64,000 nt of DNA from assembly GCA_964652705.1 (NCBI GenBank), contig CAZZAV010000002.1:47306-111305 (forward strand), read 5' to 3'. This DNA comes from an uncultured Neisseria sp. Lineage in GTDB: Bacteria > Pseudomonadota > Gammaproteobacteria > Burkholderiales > UBA11063. The stretch's first letter is position 1. Each line of letters begins with the position of its first letter. Made by a program: the position numbers and the translations under genes. Below the pieces are notes generated by a model. The model was not told the DNA's origin, did not search any database, and saw only the letters and a list, made by a program, of their open reading frames with translations. Shown here piece after piece: positions 49,908 to 57,987 of this stretch.

Positions 49908-50245
49908 TGTCTAATCAACATCATATTGATGTCGAAACTGGAGCCGGTCACGGTACGATGAAATCTTATGTGATTGGTTTTATTTTATCGATCTTGTTAA
50001 CTATAATTCCATATCTGATAGTTGTTGACCATATGCTAGTTGGTACTGCATTAGTTGCGTCTATTGTGATTTTGGGTATATTTCAATTGTTGGTTCAATT
50101 AGTGTTTTTCTTACACTTAAGTGCTAAGTCTGAGCAGCGTTGGAATTTATTAACTTTTATTTTTACTTTGGTAATTGTATTGATTTTAGTTGTTGGTTCG
50201 TTATGGATCATGTGGAATCTGAATTATCATATGATGGAACACTAA
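49907..50245 (+). CDS. cyoD: Cytochrome bo3 subunit IV
   Basis: SYVIGFILS..LT.IP, QL.VQLVFFLH and GSLWIMWNLN. ATG overlaps the cyoC stop (TAATG). Confidence 0.95.
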   Translation: MSNQHHIDVETGAGHGTMKSYVIGFILSILLTIIPYLIVVDHMLVGTALVASIVILGIFQLLVQLVFFLHLSAKSEQRWNLLTFIFTLVIVLILVVGSLWIMWNLNYHMMEH

Positions 50246-50273
50246 TCTATTTAAATTAGGACGTTCCTTTGAT

Positions 50274-50330
50274 GGTGGCTAACTCAGCTAAGCGTATAGC
50301 TTAATCCGTTTTGAGTTAGCCATTTTCTTA
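50274..50330 (+). terminator. Long nested hairpin with U-tract between cyoD and cyoE
   Basis: TGGCTAACTCA (50276-86) / TGAGTTAGCCA (50312-22), with an inner TAAGC-gtata-GCTTA stem, then TTTTCTT. Confidence 0.6.
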
Positions 50331-50451
50331 TTTGCATTATTGAACAATTAAGCTGTGGTAAAACTAAGGGTCTATTAACTGATATAAATTGTATCGGTCT
50401 AAGCCATGATGGTAATAGAGTTCATAGTTATTAAAAAGGTATTATATTTTG

Positions 50452-51318
50452 ATGAAGAAATTTATTTCCATTACCAAACCAGGAATTATATTTGGTAATT
50501 TAATCACAGTTGCAGGCGGGTTTGGCTTGGCATCGCAAGGGTCATATAATTTAATTCTACTTTTATCCACCTTAGTGGGAATCTCTTTAATTATTGCATC
50601 TGGTTGTGTATTTAATAATATTATTGATCGTGATATTGATAGCTTGATGGAGCGGACTAAAGAACGCGTAATGGTTAAAGGGCATCTTGGGCCAAAAGTT
50701 GCTTTAGTTTATGGTGTTTTACTTGGCTTTCTAGGTGCTTGGATGTTATACCATTGGGCAAATATTTTGACAGTGTATGTGGCATTAATTGGTTTGTTTT
50801 TTTACGTAGTTGTATATAGTCTGTGGTTCAAGCGTAATTCAATTTATGGAACTTTAATTGGTAGTATTTCTGGATCAATTCCTCCTGTGGTTGGCTATTG
50901 TGCAGTTAGCAATAAATTTGATTTAGGTGCATTAATTTTATTTGTTTTGTTAAGTGTTTGGCAAATGCCACATTCATATGCAATTGCGATTTTTAGATTT
51001 AATGATTATTCGGCAGCAGGAATTCCTGTTCTTCCGGTTAAAAAAGGTATTCAAATAGCCAAGCGCAATATGTTGTTATATGTAGTTGTTTTCATGCTGG
51101 TTTCAAGTTTATTGACAATTTGTGGCTATACAGGGCAATATTATTTAATTGTATCTTTAGCCGTTGGTTTTTGGTGGATTCGTTTGGCTGTTAGTGGTTT
51201 TAGTAAATTAGCCAATGATATTTCTTGGGCGCGTAAAATGTTTGGTTTTTCGATTATAGCGATTACGTTATTATCGGTGATGATGGCGTTAAACTCGACC
51301 TCACATCCATTAATGTAA
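50452..51318 (+). CDS. cyoE: Heme O synthase (protoheme IX farnesyltransferase)
   Basis: [26 protein letters not shown] and [10 protein letters not shown]. Confidence 0.96.
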   Translation: MKKFISITKPGIIFGNLITVAGGFGLASQGSYNLILLLSTLVGISLIIASGCVFNNIIDRDIDSLMERTKERVMVKGHLGPKVALVYGVLLGFLGAWMLYHWANILTVYVALIGLFFYVVVYSLWFKRNSIYGTLIGSISGSIPPVVGYCAVSNKFDLGALILFVLLSVWQMPHSYAIAIFRFNDYSAAGIPVLPVKKGIQIAKRNMLLYVVVFMLVSSLLTICGYTGQYYLIVSLAVGFWWIRLAVSGFSKLANDISWARKMFGFSIIAITLLSVMMALNSTSHPLM

Positions 51319-51350
51319 AATTATAATTTACAATTTCACAGAAAATTATT

Positions 51351-52592
51351 ATGAATAAAAGCAATAAAATCTTGTGGATTATTTTTCTAACGATTTTTAT
51401 TGATATGCTTGGAATTGGAATTCTTATTCCGGTTTTTCCGTTATTGATTACTCATGGTTCAGAATTTAGGGTTACGCCTGATAATTGGAGCACTACTCAA
51501 GGTTTTGTAATGGCTGGTTGGTTACTGGCTGCGTATCCATTAGCACAGTTTTTTTGCACACCAATTTTAGGGCAATTGTCTGATCAATTTGGTCGTAAAA
51601 AACTTTTGGGCCTGTCAATTAGCGGTACTGTAATTTCTTATTTATTGTTTGGTGTTGGAATCATTACTAAAAATTTACCTCTACTTTTTTTTGCGCGAGT
51701 TCTGGATGGCATGTCTGGTGGCAATATTTCTATTGCACAGGCTGTGATTGGCGATGTCAGTAGTCCTGAAAATCGAGCCAGAAACTTTGGTCTGATTGGT
51801 GTTTCAATTGGAGTTGGCTTTGTCCTAGGTCCATTTATTGGTGGTAAATTATCGGATCCATCTTTGTCCATTTATTTTAATGCCTCTACGCCATTTTGGT
51901 TTGCGGCTTTGCTCAGTTCAATTAATGTCTTTTGGGTAGTTTATTTTTTGCCTGAAACTTTAAAAATCAGAGCTACCAAAACGTTTAATTTACTACGTCC
52001 ACTACATAATCTGCAGCAAATTTTTAAACATGATTATTTACGTATGGTCATTCCTGCTTTATTTTTATTTAATGCAGGGTTTACTTTTTTTACAACCTTT
52101 TGGGGCATAATTTTGGTTGAGCAATTTGGTTTTAATCAAGGTCAGGTTGGTAATTTTTTTGCTTACTTAGGGATAATGATTATCTTGGCGCAAGGTGGGT
52201 TTGTGCGGCGACTTTCTGGTAAAGTGAGAGATTATAAGGTCTTAAATATCTCGATGTTTTTAACCTCAGCGTGTTTATTCGTGTATTATTTCTTACCAAA
52301 TAATTTTATACTAGGAATTTATTTAGTTCCACCAATATTGGCAATTGGAACTGCATTGACAAAATCATTTAGTAGTGCTGTAATTACACGCTTATCTCCG
52401 TCTGATTCTCTCGGTGAATCAATGGGAGCTAGCTCGAGTGCAAATGCTTTAGCTCAAGTATTGCCTGCCTTATTGGCGGGTTATGTTGCAGCGTTTCATG
52501 CACGCTTGCCTGTTTTGGTTGGCGCAGTAATTGTTAGTTTAGCTGGGTTAATTTTTATCATTTCATTTAGTCAGCGTTACAAACTTAAATAA
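51351..52592 (+). CDS. MFS transporter, DHA1/TetA-like
   Basis: DMLGIGILIPVFP, motif A GQLSDQFGRKK and motif C GFVLGPFIGG. Confidence 0.88.
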   Translation: MNKSNKILWIIFLTIFIDMLGIGILIPVFPLLITHGSEFRVTPDNWSTTQGFVMAGWLLAAYPLAQFFCTPILGQLSDQFGRKKLLGLSISGTVISYLLFGVGIITKNLPLLFFARVLDGMSGGNISIAQAVIGDVSSPENRARNFGLIGVSIGVGFVLGPFIGGKLSDPSLSIYFNASTPFWFAALLSSINVFWVVYFLPETLKIRATKTFNLLRPLHNLQQIFKHDYLRMVIPALFLFNAGFTFFTTFWGIILVEQFGFNQGQVGNFFAYLGIMIILAQGGFVRRLSGKVRDYKVLNISMFLTSACLFVYYFLPNNFILGIYLVPPILAIGTALTKSFSSAVITRLSPSDSLGESMGASSSANALAQVLPALLAGYVAAFHARLPVLVGAVIVSLAGLIFIISFSQRYKLK

Positions 52593-52657
52593 TCACAAAA
52601 GTAATTTGGTTCTAAGATATAATTTTACACTTTATAGCATTTGAGGATAGAATTTAG

Positions 52658-53131
52658 ATGATGTATATAGATAATGTGAAATTTGCCAAAAGTGGTAAAG
52701 AAATTAAGGGTAAACTTGATTTACTTAAGTGTGAACGTATTCAGGAAATTGATAAATTTAGTGGCGAGATTTCTTATAGGTTAGTTGGTTGTGTGGACAC
52801 ACTAAATAGACCTACACTTAAATTATCAATTTATGGTATAATCGGCACTTTATGTCAAAATTGTTTGCAGGATATGGAGCTTGAGCTCGATAATCAGTCA
52901 CGTATAACAGTTTTTTTTAATGAGGAACAGCTTGATGCTGCGTTATTTGCAGAGGAAGATTCCGATGTCGAAGACGGGGTGCTTGCTGAAGCTGAGTTTG
53001 ATGTCATGCAGTTGCTTGAGGATGAAGTAATTATGTTACTTCCTTATGCAAGTAAGCATGAGTCTTGTATTGGGATGAGCTATCATGATAGCGCAGATAA
53101 CCCATTTGATATTTTAAAGAACATTATTTAG
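52658..53131 (+). CDS. yceD: YceD/DUF177 family protein
   Basis: CQNCL and [10 protein letters not shown]. Conserved position before rpmF. Confidence 0.85.
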   Translation: MMYIDNVKFAKSGKEIKGKLDLLKCERIQEIDKFSGEISYRLVGCVDTLNRPTLKLSIYGIIGTLCQNCLQDMELELDNQSRITVFFNEEQLDAALFAEEDSDVEDGVLAEAEFDVMQLLEDEVIMLLPYASKHESCIGMSYHDSADNPFDILKNII

Positions 53132-53142
53132 AGGTAATAATC

Positions 53143-53322
53143 ATGGCAGTTCAACAAAATAAAAAATCTCCTTCTAAACGTGGTATGCACCGCTCTCATG
53201 ACGCAATTACTGCGCCATCTACAGCAATTGAAGCAACAACTGGTGAAGTACATTTACGTCATCATATTAGCCCTAACGGTGTTTACCGTGGTAAAAAAGT
53301 TCTTAAAACTAAAGGTGATTAA
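53143..53322 (+). CDS. rpmF: 50S ribosomal protein L32 (59 aa; not in ORF track)
   Basis: GAGG RBS, then [20 protein letters not shown]...[22 protein letters not shown]. Cys-free (non-Zn) type. Confidence 0.97.
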   Translation: MAVQQNKKSPSKRGMHRSHDAITAPSTAIEATTGEVHLRHHISPNGVYRGKKVLKTKGD

Positions 53323-53343
53323 TTCTTATAAAGTAGCATAGCT

Positions 53344-54402
53344 ATGGCGATAATTCTTGCAGTAGATGCTATGGGTGGTGATCACGGTGTCAACATTACC
53401 GTACCATCTTGTTTGCGCTTTTTGAATGAAACTCCAGATGTTAATGTAATCTTGGTTGGTGACCGTGATGCAATTTATAAACAAATTGGTGATAAATTAT
53501 CTCAATATAGCGATAGAATAGAAGTTGTCCATGCAACTCAAGTGGTTGGTATGGATGAGGCACCACAAAGTGCCATGCGCACCAAACGCGATTCGTCTAT
53601 GCGAGTTGCAATTAATTTGGTTAAAGAAGGTAAGGCGAATGCGATTGTCTCCGCAGGTAATACTGGGGCGTTAATGGCTATTTCGCGTTATGTTCTACGG
53701 ACAATGGATGGCATTGATCGCCCAGCGATTGCCAAACTGTTACCTACCGTCAAAGGTGAGGTTTGTATGCTGGATCTAGGTGCCAATATTGAATGTTCTC
53801 CAGAGCATTTAGTTCAATTCGGTATCATGGGTGCCCAATTAATGCGTGGTGTGACTGGCAAAGCTTCTCCAAGTGTTGGTATTTTAAATATCGGTAGCGA
53901 AGATATTAAGGGTAATGAAACGGTTAAAAAGGCCGCAGAGTTATTGAAAAAGACTAACCTTAATTTCTACGGTAACGTTGAGGGTGATGATATTTTTAAA
54001 AGTGTGGTTGATGTAGTTGTTACTGATGGCTTTACTGGAAATGTTTCTTTGAAAACTACTGAAGGTGTTGCCAAAATGATTGCGTTCTTTTTAAAAGAAG
54101 AATTTACCAGTAGCTGGCTTACTAAACTAATTGCTTTGATTTCTTATCCAGTTTTAAAGCGTCTTAAGTTGCGTTTAAATCCAAGTAAATATAATGGTGC
54201 GGTTTTACTTGGTTTAAATGGATTAGTTATAAAAAGCCATGGTGGTGCTGATATTGACGGATTTTATTATGCTTTAATGCAAGCTCATCATGAGGTTGAT
54301 GCTGGAGTAATTGGTCTTTTACAAGATTACTTACAAAATAATAAGCATATTGATGATGAGAGTGATGAACTTATTGAGTTTAATGATTTGAAAAGCTTAT
54401 AA
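53344..54402 (+). CDS. plsX: Phosphate acyltransferase
   Basis: AVDAMGGDHG, SAGNTGALM, RPAIA, VTDGFTGN and KSHG. Confidence 0.97.
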   Translation: MAIILAVDAMGGDHGVNITVPSCLRFLNETPDVNVILVGDRDAIYKQIGDKLSQYSDRIEVVHATQVVGMDEAPQSAMRTKRDSSMRVAINLVKEGKANAIVSAGNTGALMAISRYVLRTMDGIDRPAIAKLLPTVKGEVCMLDLGANIECSPEHLVQFGIMGAQLMRGVTGKASPSVGILNIGSEDIKGNETVKKAAELLKKTNLNFYGNVEGDDIFKSVVDVVVTDGFTGNVSLKTTEGVAKMIAFFLKEEFTSSWLTKLIALISYPVLKRLKLRLNPSKYNGAVLLGLNGLVIKSHGGADIDGFYYALMQAHHEVDAGVIGLLQDYLQNNKHIDDESDELIEFNDLKSL

Positions 54403-54478
54403 TTTTTAAAATAAATAGTATATAAATTTAAAAAAGTTGTTTAGTGGTAAATTGTTAATCAAAATAAGGTATAATTTG

Positions 54479-54510
54479 GGCGGGGTTTCAACCCTGCCTT
54501 TTATTTTTTC
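54479..54510 (+). terminator. Terminator-like hairpin between plsX and fabH
   Basis: GGCGGGGT-ttca-ACCCTGCC followed by TTTTATTTTTT. Confidence 0.7.
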
Positions 54511-54529
54511 TTAGGGTAGTAAAGTTAGT

Positions 54530-55489
54530 ATGAAATATTCAAAAGTTATCGCTACCGGAAGTTATTTGCCAGAGAAAGTTTTAACAAATAAAGATTTGGA
54601 ACAATTAGTTGAAACCAATGATGAATGGATTTTCGAACGTACTGGGATTCGTCAGCGGAGAATTGTTGCTGAAGGTGAAAAAACTAGCGATATGGCTTAC
54701 CAGGCTACATTGAATGCTTTAGCAATGGCGCAAATAGAGGTTAGTGAAATTGATTTGATAATTTTTGCAACCAGTACTCCAGATGTGATTTTTCCATCAA
54801 CTGCGTGTATTTTACAAAATAAGTTGGGTATTAAAACCAAGGGTTCATTTGATCTTCAGGCAGCGTGCACGGGATTTATTTACGCATTAACTACTGCAGA
54901 TTGCTATATTCGTTCAGGCATGGCAAAAACAGTTCTAGTAGTTGGTGCTGATTCTATGTCAAGAATTGTGGACTATACTGATCGTGGAACATGTATCTTA
55001 TTTGGCGATGGCGCTGGTGCGGTTATTTTACAAGCGAGTGATGAACCAGGAGTCCTTGGTTGTGATATCCGTGCGGATGGAGAATATAATTCCATCTTAA
55101 CTTGTGATGGACATTTATATAATGGTGAGATTTTGGGTAATCCATATGTGCAGATGGATGGGCAAGCCGTATTTAAATTTGCGGTTCGTGCATTAACTGC
55201 GGTTGCTAAAGATTTGGCCAAAAAAATAGAAATAAATTTGAAGGGTGTGAAATGGGTAATTCCACATCAGGCGAATATTCGCATTTTGGAAGCTACGGCT
55301 AAACTGCTTGGTACTGATATGGATCATGTAGTAACAACAGTTGAGAATCATGGCAATACTTCAGCTGCGTCTATACCATTGGCATTTGATTGTGCTGTGC
55401 GCGATGGTAGAATTAAGCGAGGGGATCTTTTACTGCTCGAAGGGGTTGGTGCAGGGTTCTCGTGGGGTGCTGCGTTTATTAAATTTTAA
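54530..55489 (+). CDS. fabH: 3-oxoacyl-ACP synthase III
   Basis: AACTGF, FGDGAGA, PHQAN and GNTSAAS (C-H-N triad). Confidence 0.97.
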   Translation: MKYSKVIATGSYLPEKVLTNKDLEQLVETNDEWIFERTGIRQRRIVAEGEKTSDMAYQATLNALAMAQIEVSEIDLIIFATSTPDVIFPSTACILQNKLGIKTKGSFDLQAACTGFIYALTTADCYIRSGMAKTVLVVGADSMSRIVDYTDRGTCILFGDGAGAVILQASDEPGVLGCDIRADGEYNSILTCDGHLYNGEILGNPYVQMDGQAVFKFAVRALTAVAKDLAKKIEINLKGVKWVIPHQANIRILEATAKLLGTDMDHVVTTVENHGNTSAASIPLAFDCAVRDGRIKRGDLLLLEGVGAGFSWGAAFIKF

Positions 55490-55507
55490 TTTATGGGAAT
55501 ATCGATT

Positions 55508-56446
55508 ATGACTAAATTTGCATTTGTTTTTCCTGGGCAAGGCTCACAAGCTTTGAAGATGATGGATAATTTAGCAGAGTTTGTTGTGGTTAAACAGACT
55601 TTTGCGGAAGCTTCGGCTGAAATTGGAGTCGATTTATGGGCAATGTTACAAGAAGAGAATGCAGATAATATTAATCAAACTATAAATACTCAGCCTTTGT
55701 TGTTAACGGCAAGTTATGCTACATATTTAGTTTGGTTAGAGCAATCTGGAAATAAAGCCCCTGATTATGTTGCTGGACATAGTTTAGGTGAATATACCGC
55801 TCTAGTAGCTAGTGGTATTCTAAATTTTGTTGATGCAGTTAAATTGGTGCGAAAACGTGCTGAGTTCATGCAAGAAGCAGTTAAACCTGGTGAAGGTGGT
55901 ATGGCGGCAGTTTTGGGACTTGCCGATGAGCTAGTAGTTGAAGGTTGTGCTGAAGTTATGGCTAGTGGTTTTGGTGTGGTGCAAGGTGTTAACTTTAATT
56001 CAGTGGGACAAGTTGTTATTGCAGGTAACAAGGTCGCAGTGGATAAGGCTGCAGAAGTACTTAAAGCTAAAGGTGCACGTAAAGTTATGCCTTTGCCAGT
56101 ATCAGTACCATCACATTGTGATTTAATGAAACCTGCTGCTGAGAAATTAGCGTTAGAATTAAATAGTGTTACGTTTAATTCGGCTAAAATTCCATTGGTA
56201 CAAAATGTAAATGGTGAAGTTGCTAATGATGTGGCAGCAATTAAAGATGGATTGATTAAACAATTATATTCACCAGTTCTTTGGACTAAATCAGTTGCTA
56301 CTTTAGCCGATAATCAAGTTATGATAATTGTGGAGTGTGGTCCAGGTAAAGTTTTGTCTGGATTGAATAAACGTATTCATGAAAGTGCTGCATTGTTTAA
56401 TTTAAATTCTGCTGCTAGTATTGCAACCTTACAAGAGTCTTTGTAA
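55508..56446 (+). CDS. fabD: Malonyl-CoA:ACP transacylase
   Basis: FPGQGSQ, TQP, GHSLGEY and SVPSH. Confidence 0.97.
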   Translation: MTKFAFVFPGQGSQALKMMDNLAEFVVVKQTFAEASAEIGVDLWAMLQEENADNINQTINTQPLLLTASYATYLVWLEQSGNKAPDYVAGHSLGEYTALVASGILNFVDAVKLVRKRAEFMQEAVKPGEGGMAAVLGLADELVVEGCAEVMASGFGVVQGVNFNSVGQVVIAGNKVAVDKAAEVLKAKGARKVMPLPVSVPSHCDLMKPAAEKLALELNSVTFNSAKIPLVQNVNGEVANDVAAIKDGLIKQLYSPVLWTKSVATLADNQVMIIVECGPGKVLSGLNKRIHESAALFNLNSAASIATLQESL

Positions 56447-56453
56447 TTTTAAT

Positions 56454-56966
56454 ATGCTAAGTACAGAGCAACAAATTATTTTAAGGCATATGCTTATTGC
56501 TGTGTTGGTTGTATTAAGTTTAGTTGTATTTTCATGGTGTATACCGTTGAATTTGCCATTTAGTCGACTTTATGTTTTTCTGTTAGCATTAATTTTACCG
56601 ATATTTAGTTATATTATTGGAATTGGACGGATTGCTGGTTTACGCTTTTTTGATGAAAGTGTTAGTAATCCATTAATTGTGATGAATAATAAAAATTTGA
56701 ATGCATTTAAACAATATTTGAGTAATACTCATGAACAGATTTTTTTGGCTGTAGTTGTTTATGTTGTTTTGTCAGTAACTTTGCCATCACAGCAATTATA
56801 TTTACTTTTATTATTTAGCTTATGCTTTGCAATTGGTCGAATTTTGTTTGCACAAGGTTATACACGTGGTGCAAGTGGTCGCAGCTTAGGATTTGCACTT
56901 ACATTTTATTCTAATGTGATTGGGTTTGTTCTTGGTGTTGCGTGGTTAATTAAAGCTATTGTGTAA
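56454..56966 (+). CDS. MAPEG-family membrane protein
   Basis: Four TM segments with YLSNTHEQ, GRILFAQGY and RSLGFALTFY. Starts 7 nt after the fabD stop. Confidence 0.75.
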   Translation: MLSTEQQIILRHMLIAVLVVLSLVVFSWCIPLNLPFSRLYVFLLALILPIFSYIIGIGRIAGLRFFDESVSNPLIVMNNKNLNAFKQYLSNTHEQIFLAVVVYVVLSVTLPSQQLYLLLLFSLCFAIGRILFAQGYTRGASGRSLGFALTFYSNVIGFVLGVAWLIKAIV

Positions 56967-57043
56967 ATGTTAATTTGATTTAAATTTAGAATTATAAGAT
57001 AGTCATAGATAAAATTAATTGGATAATTTATTAGGAGTTATTT

Positions 57044-57778
57044 ATGTCAGAAATTAAAAAAATTGCCTTGGTAACTGGTGCAAGCCGTGGTATTGGTCGT
57101 TCAATTGCAATTACCTTAGCTCAGAGTGGTGTAATTGTAATTGGTACGGCAACTAGTGAAAGTGGTGCTGAAGCGATTACATCGTATTTAAAAGAATTTG
57201 GTGGGCGTGGGGTTGCATTAAACGTAAATGATAAAGATAATATTGACGCGGTAGTTAAAGATATTGCGAGCAATGAAGGTGATTTGACTATCTTGGTAAA
57301 TAATGCGGGAATTACTAAAGATGGCTTATTGATGCGTATGAAAGAAGAAGATTGGGATGCTGTTTTGGATACTAATTTGAAATCAGTGTTTTTATTGGTT
57401 AAAGCAGCAATTCGTGGCATGACCAAAGCGAAATTTGGTCGAATCATTAATGTGGCATCAGTAGTTGGATTTATGGGTAATCCTGGGCAGATAAATTATT
57501 CTGCAGCTAAAGGTGGAATGATTGCAATGACTAAATCATTAGCCAAAGAATTTGGTAGCCGTAATGTGACGGCGAATTGCGTTGCACCTGGTTTTATTCA
57601 AACTGATATGACGGATAAATTGCCTGAAGATGTACGCGATTCATATATTAAAAATATTCCACTTGGACGCTTTGGTCAGGTTGAAGATATTGCTAATGCA
57701 GTGAAGTATTTAGCTAGCGATGAAGCTGGTTATGTGACTGGCTCTACTATTCACGTAAATGGTGGATTATACGTCTAA
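57044..57778 (+). CDS. fabG: 3-oxoacyl-ACP reductase
   Basis: VTGASRGIG, NNAGIT.D.L.MRM, NYSAAK and VAPGFIQTDM. Confidence 0.97.
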   Translation: MSEIKKIALVTGASRGIGRSIAITLAQSGVIVIGTATSESGAEAITSYLKEFGGRGVALNVNDKDNIDAVVKDIASNEGDLTILVNNAGITKDGLLMRMKEEDWDAVLDTNLKSVFLLVKAAIRGMTKAKFGRIINVASVVGFMGNPGQINYSAAKGGMIAMTKSLAKEFGSRNVTANCVAPGFIQTDMTDKLPEDVRDSYIKNIPLGRFGQVEDIANAVKYLASDEAGYVTGSTIHVNGGLYV

Positions 57779-57851
57779 TTTGATTGTAAAGATCTTAATT
57801 TGTAGCTATTATTAAATCAAGTAATATTTATAAATAATCAGTGTAAGTATC

Positions 57852-57896
57852 AATAATGTTGTTTATGGCTATCTTCGATAAATAAACAACATTATT
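57852..57896. repeat. Perfect 15-bp inverted repeat with 15-nt spacer upstream of dabB
   Basis: AATAATGTTGTTTAT (57852-66) and ATAAACAACATTATT (57882-96). Confidence 0.9.
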
Positions 57897-57987
57897 TTAC
57901 ATAATTTGTGCAATCTGTGTGTAACATCAATTAAATAACCAATCAATTCCTCATAGTATTATCGAATAATTTTGTAGAATTTTATAC

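Noticed and set aside
51351-52592. Tetracycline resistance determinant
   Set aside because: The motifs are generic DHA1 ones, there is no tetR or mobile context, and the substrate cannot be inferred.
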